From NCBI RefSeq assembly GCF_030144855.1, contig NC_082720.1, positions 22,940,001 through 23,004,000 of the forward strand: a stretch of DNA of 64,000 bases, read 5' to 3'. The translations under genes and the position numbers were made by a program. The stretch comes from Hypanus sabinus. Taxonomy: Eukaryota. Below the pieces are notes generated by a model. It had not been told where the DNA came from. It saw nothing but the letters and a program-made list of their open reading frames with translations, and did no database searches. Of this stretch, positions 46,101 through 60,257 are shown piece by piece. Numbering within the stretch: the first letter of the stretch is position 1; every line of letters starts with the position of its first letter.

Positions 46101-49100
46101 TGCCCGTTATGCATTGGGAATGTTTGTGTAAACCAGGTCCAATGCATTCTCCCCCCTCGTTGCAATGTCCTCATACTGATGGAATTTGGGGAGTACTGAC
46201 TTAAGGTTTGTGTGGTTAAGATCACCGGCAACAATAAACAGTCCATCATGATGTGCTTTCTGCCGTTTGTTAATAGCCCCGTATAGTTCATCCACACTCT
46301 TAAGTAACTGACCATTAGTTCTGTACTCTGGTTTGTCCTTCCAAAATGCATCACCTCACACTTGTCTGGATTGAACTCCATCTGCCATTTTTCTGCCCAA
46401 CTCTGCAGCCTGTCTATATCCTCTTGTAACCTTCAACAACCTACAGCTCCATCCACAAATCCTCCAATCTTCGTGTCATCCACAAAATTACTCACAGATC
46501 CTTCTGCCTCTACATCCAGGTCATTTATAAAAATCACAAATAGCAGGGGTCCCAGCACAGATCTCTGCAGCACTGCACTAGTCACTGACCTCCAGGCAGA
46601 ATACCTTCCTTCCACAACTACCCTCTGCTTTCTTCCTTTAAGCCAATTTTTTATCCAAACAGCCAAGGTTCCTCTATCCCATGCCTCATGACTTTCTGGA
46701 TTAGTCTCTCATGAGGGACCTTGTCAAATGCTTTGCTAAAGTCCATGTAGACCACATCCACTGCCCTACCCTCATTAATTTCTCTTGTTACCTCTTCAAA
46801 GAACTGAATCAGGCTCGTGAAGCACGATCTTCCCTTCACAAAGCCATGTTGACTATCCATGAGTAGATTGTACTTCTCCAAATGCTCATAGATCCTATCT
46901 TTAGGAATCCTTTCCAGTAGTTTATATACCACAGATGTAAGACTCACCAGTCTATAGTTCCTAGGTTTCTCCCTATTACCTTTTTTAAACAAATGAACTA
47001 CATTTGCCATTCTCCAGTCCTCCGGCACTTCCCCTGCAGCAAAAGAGGATTCAAAGATCATAGCTAATGCTCCTGTGATCTCGTCTCTCAATTCCCACAA
47101 CAACTTGGGGTGTATCATATCTGGCCCTGGGGATTTATCAATCTTAATGTTTTTAAAAGATCCAGCACTGCTTTTTTAATCTCCACATTGTCCAGCACAC
47201 AGGCCCGCTCTACTTTGACCTCATCCTGATCAAGGTCCTTTTCACTTGTGAATACTGAAGCCAAGTATTCATTTAGGACCTCCCCAACCACCTCCACTTC
47301 CAGGCGCATGTTGCCCTCTTTATCCTTTAGTGGTCCCATTTTTGTTCTCAACATCCTCCTCTTCTTCACATACGCATAGAATGCCTAGGGGTTCACCTTA
47401 ATCCTACGTGCCAAGGCCTTCTCATGTCCCCTTCGAGCTCTCCTAAGTCCTTTTTTAGCTCCTTCCTGGCTACCCTATACTTCTCATGAGCCCCTCCTAC
47501 TTCCTGCTTCTTATATCTAACATATGCTTCCTTTTTCCTCTTGATAAGTTGCCTCACGTGTTTCATCAGCCACGGTTCCCTTTTCCTACCATTTTTTCCT
47601 TGTCTCAGTGGGACAAACCTATCCTGAACCCAGCTCAAGTGGTCCCTAAACTTCTCCCACATTACTTCTGTGCTTTCCCCTTTGAACACCTATTTCCAAT
47701 TAACTCTCACTGGTTCCTGCCTCATCCCTTCATAGTTAGCCCTTCTCCAGTTAAGCACTTTACCATTTTGTCTGTTTTTATCCCTTTCCATAGCTATGCT
47801 GAAGCTAAGGGAGTTGTGGTCACTCTCACCAAAATGCTCCCCCACCAAGATGTCCGTCATCTGACCAGGTTCATTACCCAGAACTAGTTCCAGTATAGCC
47901 TCTCCTCTCGTCGGCCGGTCCACATACTGTGTCAGGAATCCTTCTTGAACACACCTGACAAATTCAGCCCCATCTATCCCCCTTGCACTCAGGAGGTGCC
48001 AGTTAATATGAGGGAAGTTGAAATCACCCATAACTACTACCCTGTATTTCCTGCACCATTCTAAAATCTGCCTGCTTATCTGCTCCTCAGTGTCCCGAGG
48101 GCTACTTGGGGGCCTAAAGATGGCTCCCAGCACAGTGATTGATCCCTTCCTATTTCTGACTTCCACCCAGACTGACTGTATGGACACTCCTTCTGCAGCG
48201 TCCTCCCTTTCTATAGCCGTGATACTATCCCTGACCAGTAATGCCACTCCCTCCCCGTTCTACCTCCAATCCTATTCCTTTTAAAACACCTGATCCCTGG
48301 GACCTGCATCATCCAATCCAATCCAATCCTGTCCTCCAACTAAGTTTCAGTAACAGCCACAACATCGTAGTTCCATGTACTAATCCATGCTCTAAGTTCA
48401 TCCTCCTTGTTCCTAATACTCCTAGCATTGAAATAGACACATTTCAACCCCTTTAACAGGCTACAATTATGTTCTGTCCCCTGCCTGTCCTTCCTCATCA
48501 ACTCAGAACTCTTAGCATTATGCCCTTGTCCTTCTACCTTAATCCCTGCACTCACCTTCTGATTCCTCCCCCCCCCCCCACCAAACTAGTTTAAACCCTC
48601 CCAACAGCTCTATCAAACCTGCCCACCAGGATATTGGTCCCCCTGGGATTCAAGTGCAACCCGTCTTTTTTGTACAGGTCACAACCACCCTAAAAGAGGT
48701 TCCAATGATCCAGAAGTCTAAATCCCTGCCTCCTGCTCCAATCCCTCAGCCACACATTTATCCTCCACCTCATTCTATTCCTATTCTCACTGTTGCGTGA
48801 CACAGGCAGTAATCCCAAGATTACTACCTTTGAGGTCCTGCTTCTCAACTTCCTTCCTAACTCCCTGTAGTCTTCTTTCAGGACCTCTTCCCTTTTCCTA
48901 CCTATGTCATTGGTACCAACATGTACCACAACCTCTGGCTGTTCTCCCTCCTACCACAGGATATCTTGGCCGCGATCAGAAACATCCCGGACCCTGGCAC
49001 CTGGGAGGCAAACTACCATCCAAGTTTATTTCCTGTGTCCACAGAATCACCTGTCTGGATCCCTAACTATAGAGTCCCTATCACTACTGCCTTCCTCTTC

Positions 49101-49700
49101 CTTTCCCTACCCTTCTGAGCCACAGGGCCATACTCTGTACCAGAGGCACGGCCACTGTCGCTTCCTCCAGGTATGCTGTCCCCTCCAACAGTATTCAAAC
49201 AGGAGTACTTATTGTGAAGGAGTACAACCGCAGGGGTACTCTCTAGACCCTGACTCTTCCCCTTCCCTCTCCTGACTGTGACTCATTTCTCTGTCCCCTG
49301 TTGCCCCCGGAGTGACCACCTGTCTGTAACTCCTCTCTATCACCTCCTCACTTTCCCTGACCAGATGAATGTCATCAAGCTGCAGCTCCAGTTCCCTAAC
49401 ACGGTCCTTTAGGATTTGCATCTCAATGCACCGGGTGCAGATGTGGCTGTCCGGGACACCAGGTGACTCCAGGACCTCCCACATCTGACACCGACCACAG
49501 AAAACTGGCCTCACACACATACTACCTCCTTTTGCAATCAACAACTGCCTCACCTCGACCCATTACCGCCAAAGTTCTTTGAGCCAAAGCCCTTTCACTC
49601 TGCTGCCTCTCACCCCACCGCCTGCTCCCAATGCTGCCTGCTGGATTGGGCTGCCTTCTTTCTAAACTGTTCACGCTCACCTGGCTGTCACTGTCTCAGC
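43170..49700 (-). mobile_element. Essentially full-length decayed CR1 (ORF1 zinc finger/leucine zipper plus SGNH esterase; ORF2 APE-RT)
   Basis: ORF1 CGRCQMWE...CTRC..LELQL and VHVGTNDIG; ORF2 YFNARSI...VTET, MGDFNFP, YMDFSKAFDKVPH. TSD TGTCAC at 43164-43169 and 49701-49706. Confidence 0.9.
43851..46288 (-). mobile_element. Rex1/Babar-type LINE nested in the CR1
   Basis: [18 protein letters not shown] and [13 protein letters not shown] motifs; (GACTT)n 3' tail at about 43851-43870. Confidence 0.85.
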
Positions 49701-49706
49701 TGTCAC

Positions 49707-50490
49707 ATCTGAATGTTTCGTACGTGAAGGGAACGGAGGGTGAAGTAGAGAGTGAGAGAGAGATCAAGAACCCAAGTAAGGTGACTCCACTATTTTCTGT
49801 TGTAACTTCAGCCTGGTCGGCACTGGCAATCGAAATCTGGCCTGTCAACCCAGTTCAAGATTGGAGTCAAGGTCATTTATTGGTGAGGAGTGAAGGGACT
49901 TTCAATCTTTGTCCAACTGTGAAGAGGCTTAATGGTGGCACAAGAGTCTCTGAACTGCAAATTGTAGCCCCAGTTTTACTTTATTCAATCGTGCTGTAAT
50001 AAGGATTAACACTGGGAGTGATACAGTGCTGTGGTCAAACTTGGTACCCGGGCTGCCTACATCAGATGTCTGGTGCACTTCCCAGGCAGCTCAGAGATCA
50101 AGGAGAGATGAAGATCAGACCCAGTAATTTGGGGGGACTGGCTGATAGATGTACGGAAGAAAGGTCAACGAGGTGGGGAGGCAGTGGGAGATGGGGAAGT
50201 GATCGGAAGCATGGAGTGTGAGAAAGGGTGAGCAGGGAAAATGGTCCGTGATAATAACCTGAGAAGAGATGAACAGAAACAACAAAACCAAACTGATTTA
50301 CCCTAGTCAGTGTAGTTAGTTAGTGTTCACGAGGAACAACTGTAATTAAATGTAATGCAGGGATTGATAATGATTTACATTGCATCATTAAAGCTCCAAA
50401 ACATTCAGCCTGACATAATTGGATGTAACACAAAAGAATGGAGGGATTAGGATGGTGATTTACAGAGTGATCACAGTGATTCAAAGAAAA
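49707..50490 (-). repeat. Segmental-duplication block homologous to 21850-21990 plus 23397-24020
   Basis: Direct sequence similarity, including a conserved minus-strand AATAAA at 49980-49985 and 23508-23513. Confidence 0.8.
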
Positions 50491-53400
50491 TGAACCAAAG
50501 GGTGACGTGGAGGAATTTCTGTGAGGATTAGCGGATTTTATTCAGTGTCCACCCATCTTTAACCATAAAAATGGTCCAAAATTAACAACAGAATGATGTT
50601 CATGGAGGTTGTGAGGGTAAACGGAGACAGAGAAGATTAACTCTCACACAGTGACAGCAGCAATGTAACAGCGGCAGTGTCAGAGTGATGAAGATTCAGG
50701 TTTATTCTCACTGGCATTTGTCATGAAATGTGTTGTTTTGCGGCAGCATTACAGTCCAAGACATCAAGTTAATGTCAGGTAGAAAAATGAAATGGGCAAA
50801 TTATGAATAACAAGGTAAAGTTCATGGACCATTCAGAAGTCTGGAGGGAAAAAAAAACTTTTCCTCAATGCTGAGTGAGTGTCGTCAAACAACTGTACCT
50901 CCTACCTATTGGAAATGCCCCTGACGGTGGGAACCCTAATCAAAGTTCAAGGTAAATATATTATTAATGTACATAAATTGCGTAGCCATTTGGAACAAAG
51001 AATTGTCCCTGTTGTTTCCGGTAGGATGGAAATTAGTGTGGGGTTAAAAGCGTGTCCCAATACGTGCTTGGGCCATTATCGAGTCCATAAGGGGTCGTGA
51101 GTGGGCGCAGTGTTAATTGTTTTTGCAACACCTGTGCAGCGCTCGCCTTATCTCCTGTGACTGGTCGCCGCACTCTTCATGAGAAAAATCAAATTCCATA
51201 ATACTGCACCAGGTGCTCCTAAGCCATTAGAAGCACTAGACATCGAAAGGAGGCAGCGAATAGAAAACACACACTTCCCGAGATAAGCTTTGTTTATAAA
51301 AACACGATATACAAAATATTTACACGAGTAAGAACAATTCAAAATTCCAACATTCTGTTAGGTTGTAAATCTCAGATATCAAGAGAAACCAAATTCCCGT
51401 TAGTTAGAATCATTGATATTCATTAGAGTGACCTTTATACTCCAATTTCTCTAACTAATTAGATCTAGTGTTATTACCTGTTTAAAGGTTTACAGACTAA
51501 CCTTTTTATTTATCCCTAGTTAGAAATTTGTAATCTTATTTTGATATTTTTCCAAACGGGTTGTAGTTTCAGACAATTTTATAAGATTATATACCTGGAA
51601 ACTAGGTCTCACCGAAAAAAATATACGAATTGTTGGATTGCAAGAAGGAGCTGAAAATGGAGATTTAACAGTTTACTTTGGTGAGCTCTTTCATACTCTA
51701 TTTCCGACCATTTTATCACAGCTGTCTGCTATTGAAAGAGCATATAGAGTGTTTACTTGGAAATTTAAAGATTCAACCAGACCAAGATCTATTCTGGTTT
51801 GTTTTCATCACTTTAAAATTAAAGATCAAATAATGCAACAGGCAAGAAAACAGAGAGTTTTCAGATTCAACGAGTCTGAGCTCCGTTTTTATGAAGATCT
51901 TCCGAAAGAAGTAATGAAACAAAAATCAAGATTTGCTTTGATAATGAAACAAGCATATGATAAGAAACTATTTTCCTCTTTGAATTACCTGACAAGAATG
52001 AAAGTTTTTCCTCCTAATTCTTCTCCACGCATTTTCAAAAGCCGCACTGGATTTTGTCTAGGCTATACCTGTCACTGTCACTGACGCTACTACCGAATGA
52101 ACTTTCTGAAAAGCTGTTTGATTATCTGTATATTATTTACATTTCTAAAAGAAGGTATATGCAAGTTATTTGGATATTTCATTGAGAAATTATTAAAAGA
52201 AGATAAGAAAACCTGCTCATTATTGCAGCTTACTGGATTTTTTTTGGAAAGAAGATTTACAGTTCAAGTTTGACTGTGGAAATGGCTAATTAGATATTTG
52301 ACTGAGAAAAGAGGATAAAATGATTTGTTCCTTTTATCTAATATTTGATTTGATGTTTCTTTTTGTTGTTTCTTAATTTACTAATTGGTAGTTTTTTTCC
52401 TACTAATAGGGTTTCTTTTTATTTATAGATCCGAGAGGGTTTAGTTACATGATATTACTAATTAATATTTTTGTAAATCTAATTCGGTTAAATATAGAAT
52501 TAACCTCTATTTTATCTGTTTTATTATAGCGTCCTATAACCAAATTTAAAATTTCCTTGGGGATTTAAAGCTAAATTTAAGATGGTGCTGGTTTTTCTCT
52601 CTAAGAGATTATATTATTTTGGTTCTTTTTTGGTTTAATACACGATGGAATGTAAACACTCTCCTTTGCTGAGACGTTACTGTCTTTCTTGTCAGGTGAT
52701 TTTATTTTTTTGTGTGCTCACTGGGGGGAGGGAGAGAGGAGACTGACAGAGCAGCCCATGGCTTTGTATTCTGTTTTAGTTCGCTTGCCTTTTTTTCGGG
52801 CTTTTGGGAGGGTGGGTGGGTCTAGAGTTAGGAGATTTTCCCACTGGGTGGTTCCAGAGCATGCGTGTTTTTTATATGGTTTTATTCTTCATCACCACCA
52901 TTATGAGAATCCCGTATTGGTATGTGTTCTGCCCATGTATAAAGTAAATTAGAATAAAATTATAGTATGGCAGTTAAACAGATTAATGTAATAAGTTGGA
53001 ATGCACGTGGTTGGAATCATCCTATTAAACGAAAAACTTTTAAAATTATTAATTGATTCCAACCTGATATAATTTATGCTCAGGAGATGCATATCAACGC
53101 AGAAGTTCAAAAGAGATTTTTTCGCTGGTGGAATGGAATACAAATCCATGCTACTTCTCAGAGCAAAACTAAGGGCGTGTCTATCTTTATTAAATCTAAT
53201 ATATTTGCTCAACAGGATATTGAATCAGATTCTAATAGTAGATTTTTAATTGTTAAATGAGAGATTTGTAATAGAAAGGTTGTTTTGGTTAATTTGTATG
53301 GTCCTAATTTAGATGATCATTTAAAAAAAATATTTGCTTTATTACAGAATTTAAGTGAATATATCTTGATAATGGGTGGGGATTTTAACTGTTATTTAAA

Positions 53401-55813
53401 TCCTATAACTGACAAGAGCTTAACTAATCAGCAACTTCCAAATAGTTCTGCGTCAGTTATTAACTCCTTTTTGACCAATTTTGAGTTGATCGAATTATGA
53501 AGGTATTTCCACCTTGATAACAGAGAATATTCCTTTTTTCGCATGTCTATAAAAAAATATTCGAGGATTGATTATATGATAATTTATCCCTGCCTTTTGC
53601 CTAATGTTAAAAGCTGTGAATATGACGCTATTGCTATATCTGATATGCGCCTTTGAGTTTGTTCTTTGAATTTGATGATGTCATTTTTGCCCGTCCACCG
53701 TAGCGCATGTTTCAGACTTTATTGCAATACCCTGACTTTATTAGTTTTATCGAAAGCCAGATAGAAGAATTTTTTTCTTTTTAATGATATAGGAGGTATG
53801 TCTAAATTAGTTATATGGGATACATTCAAAGCATTTTAACGTGGTCAGGTTATTTCTTAATCAGCTAAACTTAAAAAGCAGACTAAAGCAGAACTAGATA
53901 AAATTTCAAAACAAATTAAAGATTTAGATAGTATCTATGCGACTTCCCCTAATATTGACTTATTTTAAAAAGTGTGGAACTTCAATCACAATATAACCTA
54001 TTATTAACTCATTCAATTGAAGGTTATCTACACAAGTTAAAGAGCCAATTTTATGTGTTTGGAGATAAAAATAATAAATTACTTGCATCTCAATTAAAAT
54101 TGGCTGGAGCCAAAAGGCAAATTTTGAAAATTCGTACAAAGGATGGTATCCTGGCTCAGGAATACGAAGAAATTAATAAGATTTTTCAAGATTTTCATAC
54201 TGAATTTTATAAATCTCAATGTCCAGTAGACTCTTCTGAAATGACTGCTTTGTTACGAAAGATTGCTTTTCCTAAAATTTCTGCTGAGGATCAAAAAACT
54301 GTTGATGCCCAAATTACTGAATCTAAAATTCATAAAGCTACTTTTTTCAATGCAATCTGGTAAGGCCCTGGGACTTGATGATTATCCTCTAGAATTTTAT
54401 AAAAAATTTGGAAAATTGATTTCTCCACATAAGTTGCAGATGTTTAAAGATCCTTTTGTGAACAGGGCTATACCCTCTGCTTTTTATGAGGCTTCAATTT
54501 CTTTAATTCTCAAAAAGGATAAAAATCTTACTCATCTTGCCTCATACAGACCTATTTCATTATTGAATGTTGATGCTAATATTCTCTCAAAGATAATGGC
54601 CAATCAGTTGGAGAATATTTTGGGTAAGATCATTTTTAAAGATCAAACAGGCTTTATAAAGAGCCGTTATTCATTTTCAAATGTTCGGAGACTATTTACC
54701 ATTATATATTCACCCTCTTCTAAAACTCCACAATGCGTTGTATCTTTCGATGCTGAAAAAGCATTTGATCGAGTCGAATGGGAATATTTATTTAGTGTTT
54801 TAGAAAAATTTGGTTTTGGTATTAATTTTAATAATTGGATTAAAATGATATATAAAGCTCCTATTGCTACTGTTGTCACTAATAACTGTAGGTCTCCTTT
54901 TTATCAGCTATCATGGGGGACAACTCAAGGTTGTCCATTAAGTCATTTGTTATTTAATTTAATATTAGAATCCCTTGCTATTGTTCTTCGTGAAGCCAAA
55001 AAATATTCATGGGATTTTTGTGAATGAGACCATTCACAATATTGATGATTTATTGGTATATATATCTAAGCCTGAAGAATCTATTCCTGCTTTGCTAAAA
55101 TTATTTGACAAATTTGGAGATTTTTCAGGATATAAAATAAATTTTAGTACAAGTGAATTACTTCCTTTAAATGTATCTGTCTCTATATATGATAATAATG
55201 CTTTTAAAGTTACGGATTCTTTTAGATATTTAGGTGTAATAATTACTAAAAAAAAAATAAGGATCTTAATAAAGCCAATTTTCCTCCTTTAGTCGACTAT
55301 ATGAAGTACTCATTTAGTAGATGGAGCCCACTTACATTTTCCTTGTTGGTTGTATTCATGTAGTTAAAATGATGATTTTACCAAAAAAAATTTATACTTA
55401 TTTCAGAATATTCCTTTTTTTTGACTAAGAAGTTTTTTTGATTGGATTGAATCTATTATTCTTTCTTTTATTTGGGATAATAAAAAGCCAAGAATTAGTA
55501 AATGTCATTTACATAAGTTGAAAAAGGACTGAGGTCTAGCTTTGCCTAATCTAAGAATGTATTATTGGGCTGTTAATTTGCAAAATATATTCTTTTTGTT
55601 ATATTGGGGTGATAGGAGTGATCGGCCAATTTGGGTAGACCTGGAACTGAGAGCTGTGAAACAGTTTTATTTAACTTTGTTATTAGGAGTTGCCCTACCT
55701 ATACAATTAGTTAAAGCTGCTAATTTAAACCTATATCCGGTGGTTAAGCACTCTTTACAAATTTGGCTCCAGTTCTGCAATTTTTTTAATCTTAAAAAAT
55801 TTAAACTTTGTAG

Positions 55814-56723
55814 TGTAGCCCCCTGGGTCACCTCAGGCTTGCTCAACTCACTTCCATCTAGGGGCAGCAGCCTTTAGCCCCGCCAAACTGGATAATCAGC
55901 TTGTGTGGATGCTGTGTGATCTCCCCACCCTGCCAAATAACAGACAGTACACCATATGCGATTAAATGATTACACTTTATAGATCTTACTGAATCGAAGT
56001 GATTAATAATGATACAGTATATATGAAGAAAAAGAAAAATAAAGGTGCCAAACTTATCCAACAACCATTGGAGCTAAATTAATGAAGTCTTCTGGCCACC
56101 ATTCGATCCCCTCCGAACTCCTCGACTCGTAGCTCAGGACCACCCAAAGTGATCAACCAAGCACGTCTGTCCTTGTCTCCTCCCCTCGCCGAACGTCCTG
56201 ACCTGGACCCCCACTCTGAGTCCGTTCCTCGCCCANNNNNNNNNNNNNNNNNNNNNNNNNNNNNNNNNNNNNNNNNNNNNNNNNNNNNNNNNNNNNNNNN
56301 NNNNNNNNNNNNNNNNNNNNNNNNNNNNNNNNNNNNNNNNNNNNNNNNNNNNNNNNNNNNNNNNNNNNNNNNNNNNNNNNNNNNNNNNNNNNNNNNNNNN
56401 NNNNNNNNNNNNNNNNNNNNNNNNNNNNNNNNNNNNNNNNNNNNNNNNNNNNNNNNNNNNNNNNNNNNNNNNCTCTGCAAAAGCCCACCAACAATAGCTT
56501 ACAGACTCAGAACAGGGAGAATAACATTAATCCTAATTGGTTAACAAATGAATACAATTCTCATTATCAGTAATTCTAAACCCAAACAAGCTGCCAGAGA
56601 AATCAATTATCATAACAAAGAAGCATTCCTACTTTTAACAAAACAAAGAAACCATTTTGATTAACATATGCAGTGGCAAAGAAAAAGAAGGAAACCCTTA
56701 TACCAATAAGAAACCCCCTTATA
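55814..56723 (-). mobile_element. Solo LTR related to the 6546-10533 family, inserted in L1 ORF2 and spanning the gap
   Basis: Termini match the reverse complement of the 6546 LTR ends; exact TSD GTAG at 55810-55813 and 56724-56727. Confidence 0.8.
56236..56472. other. Assembly gap (237 N)
   Basis: Run of N. Confidence 0.99.
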
Positions 56724-58028
56724 GTAGTATAATTTATTGTAATTACTTTTTTAAACCTTCCTGGAGTGATCCAATTTTTTTAACCTAGAAAAATAAAGGT
56801 ATTATTTCTTTTCTGGATTTATTTAAAGAAGGCAGATTGATGCCTTTTGAACAATTAGTCGATAAATATTCTCTCATATTCACACTTTTTACAATACCTT
56901 CAAGTTTGACATTTTTACAAAAATATTTAAGTAATTTTCCTTACATATTGGAGGCTGACTTGTTAGATACTATTATGAATATGAACTCTTCGATGACAGG
57001 TTCTATTGGAAGAATTTATAATTTATTATTACAATGGGATAAGCGTCCTTTACTTAAGTTTAAACAGGATTGGGAGAGGGAACTCAATTTGACTTTTATA
57101 TGGGAGGATTGGATGCGGATTCTGAAGCTGGTTCACACTTCTTCAATCTGTGCTAGTCAATCACTGATTCAATTTTAAATTGTACATCATTACCATTTGA
57201 CGAAGGAGAGACTTTCTAAAATATTTCCCAATGTTGACAAGTATTGTGATAGAAGTAAAACTGAGATAGGTACACTGACACATATGTTCTGGTCATGTTC
57301 TATATTAAAACAATTTTGGAAGTCAGTCTTTTTGACAATTTCTAAACCACACAGAATCAATTTACAACCTAATAAATTGACTGTGCTTTTTGGAATAATT
57401 CCTCAAAATATCCGTGGTGTTTCTGTGTCTTACCAACATGTGATTGCATTTGTTACACTGATAGCTAGGAGGCCATCCTGTTGAAATGGAAGGATATATC
57501 AGCTCCTACTTTGACACAATGGTTCTCTCAAGTGATGCTGTGTCTTAGCTTGGAGAAAATTAGAAGTTGAACCTTTGAACCTTTATTTGATTTTGAGAAG
57601 AGATGGGGCTCATTTGCTCGTTATTATCATTTCAGTTAACTGATAGATTTCATCCACGATCTAAGTGTAATTTTTTTTTGATATATCTTTTTTTCTTCTT
57701 GGCGGTTTGATGTTTATTTTTAGAAGCTTTTTGTATGACGCATGGCTCCGGGGTTGTACCTCCAATGGGTTTCTTTTTTTTCTCTCATTTTTTCTTGCTT
57801 AGTAGGGTTTTTTATTCACCCACAAAAATTTTCAATCTTTAAGATAGTTTCCTTTTTTGAGGCATTGTAAGTGTTGTTACTTCGATGTACTTGTGCTATT
57901 TTTGAATAATAATAACAATTAAAAGATTTGAAAGAAAACTAATTGAATTCTTATTTATGGTTACTTCAGTTTCAGTTCAGCTCAGTATGTCTACAATTCA
58001 AATTGAAAAATTATACATATCCATACAG

Positions 58029-60255
58029 CGTAACTCCTTTCATGACAATTCTCTCACACTACTATTTTTAAACAAAGTAAATCTCATTCATTAATTATCA
58101 GTCTTTGCAAAACTAATCAGTTTTTGTAGAAAATCAAATTCAGATCTTTCGATTGAAAATAAACTTATACCTACAACCGTTTTAAATCTTCTACATCATG
58201 AAACATTTTGTTTCCGCGCTGTTTCTTCTAACTTGGGTGGCTCGCCATCTTGTTTCTTGTTTAGTTGGATGAAATATAGTTGATAATCCATGGAAAGTTG
58301 GTTCACAAACTTCTTGAACCAAACCCTTGGAGTGATTTAACAGAACTATTTCCCAGTTACACGGTAGAGGTCTTGAACACTGGTGTTTACCGATATTGCT
58401 TCATTACAGCTGCTGCTTGTTATAGCCGTAGCTTCAATAGATCTTTTATCGCCATCGTCTCTCCTTCAGGAGTTTCACCCTTAGTCATAGGGTAAAGATA
58501 CTCACTAATAATTCCACTTAAAAGTAGTTTTATATCTTTATTTTCTAATCATTTTTGCTGTGATTCTCTCACTTTCCCACACTGCATTAGCCACACCTTG
58601 TTCCTACATAACCATTTTTTCCTCCATAAGTTCTTTAAAAAAACAGTATACCTCATTTTCATCCCTCCACAAGTGGAGCTTTCTAACATGACATATTTGG
58701 GTTTAATTAACCTGTGTTACTCCTCCCCCCACATTTGAATTTATGCAAGTCCCTTTGCATACGGTTGTAGGTTGCCCTGGGTTTGGATTGTTCAGCATAT
58801 GCGAAATCTGGAAGAGGCTCCACAATGGCTGAACTCATAGCTTGGAAAATGGACTGAATTATTGTCAGTAAAGGATTTCCTAGCTTAGGATATGCTAGAG
58901 TTCTGGGTTTTTCTCTATGTCTAGAAGACCTTCTGAGTTCAGGCTCTTCCTTGAGAGAATTTTCATTTGTCGTATCTTTTCAAGTCAACATTTCATCACG
59001 TGACTTTTTCTCGTTGCACCTCAGACTCATTTGGGATTGATGAAAGTTTCAGACTTCTTTCATCAGGTAGGATATGCTGATTATACATTTCCTCATTTGT
59101 TGTTTCTTCCACCGGAGTTTCTTCAGGAGTGACAGGTAAGTGGATTCCCCTACATCAGGTAAGTAACTTGCTTTTCTTTGGGATTCCAGCACTGGATCTG
59201 CAACCAGAGTGGTTGTATGTGGCTGGTTTGGTTTTGGGTTGGAGCCTACAATACTTTTGTGTAACTGTTCACAAGTTTCTCGACTCCTAGAAGGTTCATC
59301 TTCAATGTCAAGTCTTGGTTTGAGGTAATAAACATCATCATCCTCTTCAGAGTCTATTGGATTTTCTTCCTCTCCAACTGACTTTTCAATCTTAGTACTA
59401 CGAGTTGTGTACTTGCGAACAGGGAAGGAGAAAGTTGTTCATTGTTTTCATAGGAGGAAGTCAGCAAGGGAGCAATAGATTCCTATGTAATGTTCGTATG
59501 GGTCCATACTGGTTCTCAGGATGTATCTTGTAGACAGGCAGATCACCAGCTTGGCTCAACTTACATAGACTATTTCTTCCCACTTATTGGTAAGTTTGTT
59601 TTTACCCCCTGGGCGTACATTCCTTATTAGCACTCTGACTCCTTTTCTCAACTCTGAAGCTGTCACATGTTTGTCATATCTGGTCTTCTTTTGTTCTGCC
59701 ATTTTGTGTGATTTTCCCGTAGCCATCTTGAAGCTTTCTTCAAGATGTGATTTTATATTTTGTACACACTGAGAGTGTGATGGACCATGTTTGTCTTTTA
59801 AGAGTAGTCTGAATGCTGAGTCAGCTGGAAGTCTGGGTTGTCGTCCGCACATCTATTCATATGGACTAAAGCCAATCATCTCATTCCTAGTACAATTATA
59901 AACATGGGCTAGGGGCTTCACAGGTTCTTGCCAGCTACTTTTATATTTCAACTTCAGGGCTCCCAACATATTCAAGAGGGTCCTGGTAAACCTCTCCATG
60001 GGGTTTCCTTTAGGATGATATTGTGTAGTTCTGACTTTCTGAACTCCAACTGTCTCACACAATTCTTTATTCGGCTCAGATTTGAAGTCAGGGTCTCTAT
60101 TGCTGTGTATGCACTCAGGATAAGCATAATGCGGGAATAATGCTCCTATTGGCTCTTCACAAGCACATTGGATTTTCGGTTGGGCGTCAGAATAACTGAA
60201 GCATATTTAGTAAAATGTTCTTATATTAGTAACACATCTTTTGTGTTACTTTCAT
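58029..60255 (-). mobile_element. Gypsy 3' remnant: integrase, PPT and probable 3' LTR (58029-58718)
   Basis: TTQYHPKGNPMERFTRTLLNML and GRQPRLPAD integrase motifs; PPT ggggggaggag at about 58719-58729. The LTR assignment is less certain. Confidence 0.7.
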
Positions 60256-60257
60256 CG

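Larger units (their letters stand above)
51560..57925 (+). mobile_element. Decayed L1-clade LINE (ORF1 and ORF2)
   Basis: ORF1 IERAYRV...PRSILVCF...FYEDL; ORF2 NLYGPN, GGDFN, YRPISLLNVD, FDAEKAFDRVEW, QGCPLS. Many stops and frameshifts. Boundaries approximate. Confidence 0.88.

Noticed and set aside
51148-51235. Acceptor and ORF ...ASNGLGAPGAVLWNLIFLMKSAATSHRR*, a possible GPI or TM terminal exon
   Set aside because: Phase 2, a short hydrophobic core, a polar C-terminus and no upstream partner exon in the window.
56079-56544. ORFs containing X runs
   Set aside because: Artefacts of translating across the N gap.
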